Of a DNA stretch of 64,000 nt, positions 56,333 through 64,000 are shown one piece after another. Source of the stretch: a virus (Duplodnaviria > Caudoviricetes). The notes below the pieces were generated by a model. It saw nothing but the letters and a program-made list of their open reading frames with translations, was not told where the DNA came from and did not search any database. Location: IMG/VR virus record IMGVR_UViG_2519899680_000008, positions 1 to 64,000 of that record. One strand, 5' to 3'. The position numbers were made by a program, and so were the translations under genes. How positions within the stretch are numbered: position 1 is the first letter of the stretch; each line of letters opens with the position of its first letter.

Positions 56333-56566
56333 ATGGAACTTAAGAACAGAATGACCGTGGAGGAAATGTCGGAGCACCTGGTGGAGCATACCGGCAAGAT
56401 CGCCAACCGTGTAACCGTGGGACGCTATGCCCGGAAACTGGGATACAAGGTGTACAAACCGATGATAGAAGGCCGTATCCGGCACTTCTACCTGAAAGAC
56501 CCGATGGTACCCGCCCCGGCAGGGGAAAAGGAAGGCACGGGAAATCCTGGAAACGTGCAGTCTTAA
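56333..56566 (+). CDS. Small hypothetical, possibly DNA-binding protein (77 aa)
   Basis: ATG after an AT-rich leader; NRVTVGRYARKLGY. Confidence 0.6.
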   Translation: MELKNRMTVEEMSEHLVEHTGKIANRVTVGRYARKLGYKVYKPMIEGRIRHFYLKDPMVPAPAGEKEGTGNPGNVQS

Positions 56567-56578
56567 ATCCCGCGGGAC

Positions 56579-57019
56579 ATGACAGCGGGAAAAGGAAACA
56601 CCGGTTATGCCAAATGCTACCGGGGGCTGTACCGTGCCTTCGAGCCGCACGAGGTCATCTTCATGCTCTACATGAACGACCTGGCCTACCTGCGCCAGCA
56701 GGGATACGACACCCTCCGGAGCAAAAGGCTCCACCGGCTTCACACGAACATCGGTCCGCGGGCGTTCGACCATTGCGTGGAAAAGACGACCGCGATGGGA
56801 CTGCTCGTCCGGGTACCGGCAAACGGCATGTTCGACTATCTCTGGGACAGGAGGCAGTACGAACGCCTGGTGGAAATCGTCACATCGACAGCGAGCATCG
56901 TTGCCCTGCAGGAATTCTGCAACAGGGTATTCTCGGTGGAACGGCGTACCGTATCCTCCGTAACGGACAGGGAGATACAGCTCCTTGCCGGGAACCGTAA
57001 CGGCCGTGCTGAAAAGTGA
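56579..57019 (+). CDS. Hypothetical protein, possible winged helix (146 aa)
   Basis: ATG ORF co-oriented with the upstream gene. Confidence 0.55.
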   Translation: MTAGKGNTGYAKCYRGLYRAFEPHEVIFMLYMNDLAYLRQQGYDTLRSKRLHRLHTNIGPRAFDHCVEKTTAMGLLVRVPANGMFDYLWDRRQYERLVEIVTSTASIVALQEFCNRVFSVERRTVSSVTDREIQLLAGNRNGRAEK

Positions 57020-57173
57020 CGGATGCTGTAACATTTGCGGCAGCTCCTGTGACAGGGGTTGTCGCAAATGTATCAACAGTATAAGATATAGGGAATAAGA
57101 ATAAAGAATAAAAAGACATGTACTTTTTTCTTTGAAGCAAAGAAAAAAGATACCAAAAAAGAAACAAGGTTAG

Positions 57174-57201
57174 GCAGACGGCATCCGCCGTCTGTTTTTT
57201 T
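57174..57201 (+). terminator. Rho-independent terminator
   Basis: GCAGACGGC-ATCC-GCCGTCTGT followed by a T-tract. Confidence 0.8.
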
Positions 57202-57424
57202 ATTGGGGGAATCGTTCTGTATTTCAAGAAAATGGAAAAAACATCCATTTCCTCTTTCCCTTCCAGCTTTCAATTTTACAAAAACATAAAAACAATATAA
57301 AGCAGCGATTACTCATGTGCGCACTCTCTTTCGGGGGAGTGTTTCATGTCCGGATGGGATATTATAACAACCGTCCTGTCCCAGATGAGAGCAAGGCGGT
57401 TGCTAATCTGTAATTATCGGTCAT

Positions 57425-58219
57425 TTATTTCAGCAATTTGTCAATCAGCTTTTCCCTTACTACCCCGTAAGCCTCATGCGGGTCAAACGTGATATCCGGA
57501 CGCAGGAGCAGCTGGGAATCCGAAAGGAAATCCGGGTCCTGCATCTTTTCCTCCATGTTGAGGATGAACTGCTTATGGGTAGGAGGTTGCTGCACCACGA
57601 ACCCGATGTAACGTTTGTAGCAACGAATGACATCATCCGTATTCACCCCCGTTTTTGTCAGAGCCAGGTACAGGTCGAGAAGGTCACGACCTTTCTTTCG
57701 CTGGTACAATGCCCGCAGTTTCGTACCGAGCAGTTCGGCAAGATTGTAGGTGGTGATTTCACACGAGCCGGAAAACCACTGGTTTTCCAACGAAAACGGC
57801 ATTTTGACAAATCCCATCTCGGTAAAGTGTTCAAAACAGTTGATTTCAATCTTCAAACGCAGTTGTATCGGAGGAGTTCCTTCAGATTGGATACGGCAAA
57901 GCATCGTGTTGTTGTAACGTTTCTGTTTCGTCACCCTGTCCGGAATGAAATCCAGTACTTTACCAAGACGGAACATGATAGGCTTGATGGGACCTGCCGT
58001 AATCTGCACGAGGTCAATGTCCTCGCTGTATCTGACCTGCGGAAGCATGTGTAGCTTATGAAGGGCTGTTCCTCCCCGGAAAGCCAGTTGGGATGCAAGA
58101 AAATCGTCTCCGAAAATGGAGACCAGGGCACGGGATATTATCAGGTCCTGCTCAATGTATGACACATCAGTCCATGGGGCGTGTTCACGCCATTGTTGTA
58201 TTGCGGATTTTACTACCAT
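57425..58219 (-). CDS. abiEii: AbiEii-family nucleotidyltransferase toxin
   Basis: IEQDL, AFRGGTALHK, RYSEDIDL, KLRALYQRKKGRDLLD. Confidence 0.9.
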   Translation of the reverse strand: MVVKSAIQQWREHAPWTDVSYIEQDLIISRALVSIFGDDFLASQLAFRGGTALHKLHMLPQVRYSEDIDLVQITAGPIKPIMFRLGKVLDFIPDRVTKQKRYNNTMLCRIQSEGTPPIQLRLKIEINCFEHFTEMGFVKMPFSLENQWFSGSCEITTYNLAELLGTKLRALYQRKKGRDLLDLYLALTKTGVNTDDVIRCYKRYIGFVVQQPPTHKQFILNMEEKMQDPDFLSDSQLLLRPDITFDPHEAYGVVREKLIDKLLK

Positions 58220-59019
58220 AATTCGTCCGGTTCAATGTCTTGGTTTATTATAAGTTTCCATTTTGAATTCTTCCTTGCCCCGTCTTGAGGGCGGTCTGTT
58301 GACAAGGGGCGGTATTTCAGGTTTTTGTAATATGGTTCCAGCATCATGCTGATTTCATCGGCGGCAGACTGTTCTCCCAGTACGTTTTCCAATATGTAAC
58401 CCAACCGTTGAAGTGTGGAAAAGGTGGTAATATCTGTAAGTTCTTTCCCGGATTTCATAAAATCAGTGTTCTCAACCAGTTCGGCGATTACAGTCGCCGC
58501 GGCGGAAAGACCTCCGACCTGTTGGCTGTATTGCACAAGATCAACGGCAGTAAGTTCCGGACAAGAATACAGAAGCGTACCCGTATCAGTGTGGGTCTGG
58601 AGCAATAGGTTTTGAGGGATTTCTTTCCGGTAGCTCCAGAACAGATGCCTGTTGCTGTTTTTTGAAACAGGAATTCTTGGCAGAACTGTGGTGACTGAAA
58701 GCCTTTGCGGGCGCTGGTGCGCCGCTCCGTTGAGTACGCCGGCACTCAGAAGGCTGATGTAATAGGGTCTGCCCAAATGTGTCATCAGCTGGTCTACATA
58801 ATTATACGGAGGGACGATACCCCTGTCCCTGAACTGAATGGATACCGTTGTATAAAATCCCTTGTGTACAGCCTGGATACGCTTCTGCTTGCCTAACCGG
58901 TACAGTTCATTAGACACTACCTGTGCGGATAGTGCAGGCAGGGCTTTCCTGATATCATTGTATGAGAATGTCGGAAAACCTGTCATCTCTCGTTTGTCAA
59001 TCCAATCTGATATGGTCAT
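58213..59019 (-). CDS. abiEi: AbiEi-family antitoxin (type IV TA)
   Basis: YYISLLSAGVLNGAAHQRPQ, SCPELTAVDL, QRLGYILE; upstream of abiEii; ATG 59019 chosen because TATATTTG overlaps the TTG start. Confidence 0.85.
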   Translation of the reverse strand: MTISDWIDKREMTGFPTFSYNDIRKALPALSAQVVSNELYRLGKQKRIQAVHKGFYTTVSIQFRDRGIVPPYNYVDQLMTHLGRPYYISLLSAGVLNGAAHQRPQRLSVTTVLPRIPVSKNSNRHLFWSYRKEIPQNLLLQTHTDTGTLLYSCPELTAVDLVQYSQQVGGLSAAATVIAELVENTDFMKSGKELTDITTFSTLQRLGYILENVLGEQSAADEISMMLEPYYKNLKYRPLSTDRPQDGARKNSKWKLIINQDIEPDELW

Positions 59020-59086
59020 TTCTCGGATATTTTGTTGCAAATATAATCTTTTTTTTATTATGTCGATTATATTTTGTCCGAGGATA

Positions 59087-59878
59087 TTACTCCTTACCCC
59101 CGATTACCCCATGCTTCATTTTCAGGATGGCCATGAAGCATTCACGCACCTGCTGGATGTCGCGCAACGAGGTAAAATAATTACCGGCCTCCCTGCGTTT
59201 CCGGTCCCGCTTCTTGTAGGTGTCCTGTACCTGGCAGATATTGAAATGCTCGTCCAGGTAATAATAGTCCCGGCCTTTGGGCGCCCGCATTTCAAGTGTC
59301 TCCAGCTGCCGGAGCCGTCCGTTCCACACCAGCCCCTCCTTCTTGAGGGCGGCAGAGAAACAGTTCCTGTCACAGGAACCTATCGGGGCCACCTGGAAAT
59401 CATCGATATCCCCGGCCGTTTCATTCAGGGAATAGCGTGGCGGTTCATTTTCCCTCATCATGCAGTACATGATAATCTTTCCTTTCCTGATTTCGCGGAA
59501 CGCCCCCAGTATGACATTCTCCCCGAGGATACTGAGCTTCACCAGCTGTCCGTCGTGCGGGATATAGGATGCCTCCGTCAGCTCGCATTTGCGCCTGTTC
59601 CAGAAAAGGTCTTTACTGTTAAGAAGACGCTGGAAGGCTGTTTTTTCTTTCAGGGTGGCTGGTCTGCAGTCGGCGGCAGGCATGACAACCTCCTCCCGGT
59701 ACAGGTTGCCGTCGACAGTGCATCGGACCGTTATCGCCAGGCAGTCTTTTTCCGTATGATCTACAAGTCCCGTCTCCAATGTCACCATATTGAACACGGC
59801 CGTTCCTCTCTGTATTTCTGACCCCGTCAGACCCCTTCCGGAATCTGTATCGGCATCCGTTCCTTTACGCGTCTCCAT
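59087..59878 (-). CDS. Hypothetical protein (263 aa)
   Basis: ATG ORF with host-type TATATTTG at 59949-59942. Confidence 0.7.
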   Translation of the reverse strand: METRKGTDADTDSGRGLTGSEIQRGTAVFNMVTLETGLVDHTEKDCLAITVRCTVDGNLYREEVVMPAADCRPATLKEKTAFQRLLNSKDLFWNRRKCELTEASYIPHDGQLVKLSILGENVILGAFREIRKGKIIMYCMMRENEPPRYSLNETAGDIDDFQVAPIGSCDRNCFSAALKKEGLVWNGRLRQLETLEMRAPKGRDYYYLDEHFNICQVQDTYKKRDRKRREAGNYFTSLRDIQQVRECFMAILKMKHGVIGGKE

Positions 59879-60911
59879 TTTTTTCGTTCCTCTCTGTTAC
59901 CCATGGTGTTTCAATATTGCATATACGGGGATAACAATTGGCAAATATACAATTTATTCGGCACAGTCCGAGGCGGAAATCCGATAAAAACCCCCGCTTT
60001 GATATAAAAAGACAAAAACTGAACAAATAAGTCGTTTCCCGCGGGAATACCCTTGCCCTGTATATTCCTCGCGGGTTACGGAAGTCCTTGTACCGGCAAT
60101 CATATCTCTCCGCTCGCCCATATATATTATTGCCATGCAATGTATTGCAAAGGTAACGTGTGCCGATGCTCCTTCGTGCAGGGACAGAATATGCAAGTAT
60201 ATTTTTCATGCAAAACATCTGCCATGTACAACCCTGTTTTTACAAGGGCCTCCGGAAAGCCTTCTTCCCTGTATATACCGGGAGAATGTAAGCGTATCTT
60301 TTCATGGAACTGTCATACCGTAACGGCGCGGGTGAAACGACGACCGGTCTCCTGAACTTCAAGAGCTGGACCCGTCCCTTTCATGTATATTTCACGGCAT
60401 CCGCTTACAATCCGTAACCTAACCGGCATTTTCGCCGGTTTTCAAAAACCGGACTTGGGAAAAATGCCCGGGGAGAGATACCGAATCCGCACCTGGACAG
60501 ATACCCTCCCCAATCTTTTTATTTTTATTACTATATTGATATTCAATAATTTAATAGGTTTACTTTTGTATAAAGTAAGCCTAAAACGGTTTTTTCTCTC
60601 TTTGTTACTTACAATTTGAAAGCAAATAAATTATTTCCTTTGTTTTCACATGTTTTGTATTTAACTATATTGTTTATAATCAATCGTTTATGTGTAAAAA
60701 TCCCTTCCTTACACATTTGAAATCGGGTATTTTTCGATTTTTGCAAAGAAAAAATTTTTTCATGTTTTTATAAATAGTTGATATTCAATTATTTATAACT
60801 GTTTCTCGCGCATGTGCGTTCCATGTTTGGGAAAAGTGAATTTTTAAGGCAGTCTAAAATTTTTTTTTGCAAAAAGTTTTGGAAATTGGAAAAACGGTTT
60901 TATCATAGTCA

Positions 60912-61623
60912 TGTACTCGAAAGCCAAAACAAACGGCAAACAAGTACGGAAAAAACGAATAAAAAAAACAATAACTAAAAAACAGATTTAAGAAACAGAC
61001 AAACCAGTCCGCCGAGAGCGAGAAACAAAAAGCCTTTTTTGTGGGAAACCTATTTTTGAGGCTTGGAAAATCAAAAATTGCCTGTTCGCTTTGGAGCGAT
61101 TAAATAGGGTGTTAAATAACCACACCGAGCAGGACTACAAACCAATGTAGCAAGTTGGAACGGTCTAAAAACGTGTTTTTAGTCCGCATACGCAAAGCAC
61201 GCTAAATTTTGGGAGTGCGAGAGTCGTATGGAAAAAGGACGTGTAAAAATAATGCCATAATTGCGCCCATGTGCGCTCGGAATAAAATGCACGATAGCGG
61301 TAAAAACTATCCGCATAGAGGACGCTGGTAAATGTATATGCCAATGCTATACCCAATACCCAGCTCGGTGGTAACACCTAAATGCCTCACCTTACAGTTA
61401 GCTGCCGGATCGGAAAAGATCCGGGACGTGCCAGAGAAGCGTCTTGCCGAAATTGGAGTAAAGCAGCGCAGTGCCACGACACGAATGTTGCGTGAGTAAG
61501 CAAATACACGATATGCCGAAAGTGCGCTCATTTGGATAGCTCTGCTATGGGGTACGTTTAAGTAAGGTGCGACAAAGTTACGAAAAATTTTGCCGTGCAG
61601 GGTGAAATGCACGGCAATTTTTT
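60912..61623 (+). ncRNA. Candidate large structured non-coding RNA
   Basis: No credible ORF; more than 10 local hairpins nested in two long-range helices (61108-61130/61363-61378 and 61388-61395/61562-61569); ends approximate. Confidence 0.55.
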
Positions 61624-61696
61624 GGGCACTGCTGAAAAAACGGTTTCAGCCGTTCCGCCTTTGGCTGAACGTGGGGTTCGAGTCCCCGAGTGCCCG
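61624..61696 (+). ncRNA. tRNA-like element (non-canonical)
   Basis: 7-bp acceptor GGGCACT/AGTGCCC, T-arm TGGGG-TTCGAGT-CCCCG, aberrant D arm, 7-bp/11-nt anticodon arm, no encoded CCA. Confidence 0.65.
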
Positions 61697-61738
61697 CAAT
61701 GCGTGATTTTGCGCAGAGTTTCTAAAATTTATATCATT

Positions 61739-62332
61739 ATGGCAACATCTAAATTGAACAAGGAACAGTATGCAAACCTCTCTTCGTTTGCTGGTATCAT
61801 GTTGGTTTACAACTCGACAAACCGCGACGGTGAAACGGTGCAGACTGCCCAACACTTTTTCGGCAAGGACTTCGAGCCTGCCGACAAAACGGACGACGAA
61901 ATCTTCCGTGTGGTGAAAAACATGGTCGCAACGATGTGGCATACCATTGCAGAGGAAAAGAAACTGCGGCAAGATGCCGACGGTATCCGCTCGAAATTCC
62001 GTGCCACCACTCCGGCAGAAATCATCATCTGCGACAAGAACCGTAACCGCATCAAGCACTACGACCTGACGGACAGCGTGTGGGCACGTATCGGACTTGT
62101 GCCGACCAAAGTGGATCTCGAGAAGTCAAACCGGGACTTTGCCAAGACTATCCATGCGGCGGCAAAGGCTATCCGTAACGCCATGAATTTTGCCCCGAAC
62201 CTCTCCAGCCTTGAAAAAGCCGGAAAAGCTGACAAGAAAAACGGCGGCAAAGGAACAAAAAATGCAGAAGATGCGGCAACCGCGACCGCTGAAACGATAA
62301 CCGCAACCGAAACGGAAAAAGAAGCCGCATAA
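61739..62332 (+). CDS. Hypothetical protein (197 aa, MATSKLNKEQ...)
   Basis: ATG after an AT-rich Bacteroidetes-type leader; followed by terminators. Confidence 0.75.
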   Translation: MATSKLNKEQYANLSSFAGIMLVYNSTNRDGETVQTAQHFFGKDFEPADKTDDEIFRVVKNMVATMWHTIAEEKKLRQDADGIRSKFRATTPAEIIICDKNRNRIKHYDLTDSVWARIGLVPTKVDLEKSNRDFAKTIHAAAKAIRNAMNFAPNLSSLEKAGKADKKNGGKGTKNAEDAATATAETITATETEKEAA

Positions 62333-62374
62333 CGTAGCGGACAGGACGAACAATTTGCCGAAATAAGCGGATAC

Positions 62375-62417
62375 AGGCAGGCATAGTGCCGTGAAAACGG
62401 GGTGTGCCTGCCTTTTT
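62375..62417 (+). terminator. Rho-independent terminator
   Basis: AGGCAGGCA/TGCCTGCCT stem followed by T4. Confidence 0.65.
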
Positions 62418-62498
62418 CGTATCTGCCACCGCGAGGGCGTGTCTTCGGGTATCTGCCGCGAATACGCCCTTTTTGTTTCGGATAAAAGCAGTTGTAAC

Positions 62499-62762
62499 GT
62501 GAAAGGCGAAAAGAATTTCCCGGCGGGAAACGCTGCCGGGGGTGTGCCCACACAGGATGCGGAGTACACCGCTGATGACCTTAAAACCGCTCTGGAGGAG
62601 TCTGAGCAATCTCTGCACGAGGCTGTCTTCATTGCCCGCAGGGTGTGGGAACGGGATAGCGATGCCATCAAATTCGACATCGACGATTTGGTGGAAATCG
62701 AATCGGCATTGCAGGAAATATGCAATATCACCGCGGGGGTTGAGAGCAACGAGAACGAGTAA
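62499..62762 (+). CDS. Acidic hypothetical protein (start uncertain)
   Basis: Helical acidic ORF; GTG start inferred. Confidence 0.5.
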   Translation: MKGEKNFPAGNAAGGVPTQDAEYTADDLKTALEESEQSLHEAVFIARRVWERDSDAIKFDIDDLVEIESALQEICNITAGVESNENE

Positions 62763-63045
62763 AGAGTATCGTAATGCGCACACGATTTCCGGAAATTGCG
62801 GGATTCGTGTGCACTGTCTCAAAACGGGCATTGATATACACTATGCCGGGATTGTACCCCGGAATGCCCGCACTTTCCAAAATTCATTTCCCAACTTACT
62901 TCTTCACGCCGGGAGGCGTTGTGCCTACCTTGTACATAACACGGTTAAGTGCGGTCAGGTGTCCAGCGGGACAGCCTGCCGTACTTCCGCTGTTATCCCG
63001 TGAGGGGAAGCCGGGAAACGGACATGCCAATAAAATTAGAACGAT

Positions 63046-63438
63046 ATGATAGAAGTATTTGACACTAAACGTACCCGCAGTTACGGGTGCTTTACCAGCT
63101 TCAAGGCTGCCACGGATACGCTTGACAGTCTTGCCATGACGGGACAACTCGGAAGAGTGCCTGCTATCAGCGTATCGGCGTACCGAAACGGAGTGCTGCA
63201 AAGGGAATACGGCGCCATGCGTACCGGTGGAAAATGGCACGTGCCGAAAGTGTCGAAAAAACGGATGCCGGAGCCGAAGCCTGCCAAAGGAAAACGCCGT
63301 AGGAAATGGTGCATGGAGTACGCCTCGGCGGAGTTGATGTTCCGCGAGGGGTTTCCTGACCACCTGAACCGTAGCTACCCGCTGTCGGCGGATAGCCTAC
63401 GGCGATGCAATCGTAAGTGCAGGATATATATGCAATAA
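63046..63438 (+). CDS. Hypothetical protein (130 aa)
   Basis: ATG ORF with AT-rich leader. Confidence 0.65.
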   Translation: MIEVFDTKRTRSYGCFTSFKAATDTLDSLAMTGQLGRVPAISVSAYRNGVLQREYGAMRTGGKWHVPKVSKKRMPEPKPAKGKRRRKWCMEYASAELMFREGFPDHLNRSYPLSADSLRRCNRKCRIYMQ

Positions 63439-63454
63439 CAAAACTATAAAGAAA

Positions 63455-63712
63455 ATGAAAACATTAGCAGACGTGAAAAGAAAGATGACGCTCGGCTCGA
63501 AGTGGCAGTGCGTCCAACTGTTCGAGGGCGGACAAGACCTCGGAGTGCGTGAAATCGGCAAGGTGCAGAAAAATGCCGTGGCATTCCTTAGAGCCGACGG
63601 GAAACTCTCGTGGCTGTGGTGGCCCAAGGCAAAGGACGTGAAAGTGGAGGAAAACACCTTTACCCTGCTACAGAACGGGAAGCCGAAACTCAAATACACC
63701 CTCGTGGAGTAA
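63455..63712 (+). CDS. Hypothetical protein (85 aa)
   Basis: ATG ORF, A-rich leader. Confidence 0.7.
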   Translation: MKTLADVKRKMTLGSKWQCVQLFEGGQDLGVREIGKVQKNAVAFLRADGKLSWLWWPKAKDVKVEENTFTLLQNGKPKLKYTLVE

Positions 63713-63804
63713 GGAGAAAGGAAAATTCGAGCAAAATAATACGAACTAATATCAACTATGGGGGCTCAATGCCCCTATGCTTTTATAAACAAGGAGAAAG
63801 AAAC

Positions 63805-64000
63805 ATGGCGAAAATAACGAAGAAACAGGTGGATGCCATCGATGCCGCGTGCCGGAACGGGTTCAGTTTCGACCGGTACGGTTTCGCGGTGCTGGGCGAA
63901 AAGCGCCTTTCGAGAAGAGTCACGCTCGTGGAGGACGGCAAGGAGGTGAAACTCATCCTCGGGTGGCAGAATGAAATAGTGAAATACACGAACAAGCATG
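63805..64000 (+). CDS. Hypothetical protein, partial (MAKITKKQVDAIDAACRNG...)
   Basis: Open frame runs off the window end. Confidence 0.65.
   Translation, partial: MAKITKKQVDAIDAACRNGFSFDRYGFAVLGEKRLSRRVTLVEDGKEVKLILGWQNEIVKYTNKH

Larger units (their letters stand above)
1..64000. mobile_element. Segment of a large contractile-tailed phage/prophage, probably infecting Bacteroidales; ends not in window
   Basis: Contiguous portal, protease, capsid, sheath, tube, tape measure, baseplate, fibre, replication and terminase-small genes; no host housekeeping genes; Bacteroidetes-type TAnnTTTG promoters. Confidence 0.95.

Noticed and set aside
59865-60619. Short ORFs in the 59.9-60.6 kb region
   Set aside because: Mutually overlapping, with atypical composition and no motifs; treated as non-coding.
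61583-61623. Hairpin superficially like group II intron domain V
   Set aside because: Perfect stem without the catalytic bulge/triad, and no intron-encoded RT or domain VI; better read as a terminator/processing stem.
61624-61696. Functional decoding tRNA gene
   Set aside because: The 11-nt anticodon loop, missing D-loop GG and missing U8 mean no assignable anticodon; kept only as tRNA-like.
1-64000. Integrase, att sites, large terminase, endolysin
   Set aside because: Looked for but not recognised in this window, so prophage versus free phage cannot be decided here.

Overview
The whole window is a segment of a large, contractile-tailed (myovirus-like, Mu/P2-type structural genes) phage or prophage. 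Its host is probably a Bacteroidales, judging from TAnnTTTG host promoters and Bacteroidales-type accessory genes. From 1 to about 53.5 kb almost everything is on the minus strand. In transcription order it runs: portal, minor head, ClpP protease/scaffold, major capsid, sheath, tube, Dam, tail chaperone, tape measure, baseplate and fibres. Then comes a self-contained replication block (SSB-like, SbcD/SbcC, ECF sigma factor, DnaB, primase, a split DnaE, epsilon-like exonuclease), followed by TerS and lysis-like genes. From 53.7 to 64 kb there is a divergent regulatory/accessory region with KilA-N/antirepressor genes, an AbiE toxin-antitoxin pair, a long non-coding stretch and small early genes. 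No integrase, att site, large terminase or endolysin was recognised. The most notable signals read directly from the sequence are four. (1) dnaE is fractured at the PER|SLPD junction by a degenerate split-intein-like pair that encloses a DNA methyltransferase and an HNH endonuclease. (2) A bipartite motif, MAWCN-N17/18-CTAYDCYT, occurs 12 times upstream of phage genes and probably defines the regulon of the phage ECF sigma factor. (3) A textbook -1 frameshift signal at the end of the portal gene predicts a portal-minor head fusion. (4) A roughly 700-nt highly structured candidate ncRNA is followed by an aberrant tRNA-like element. All family assignments were made by eye from motifs; no database searches were run.
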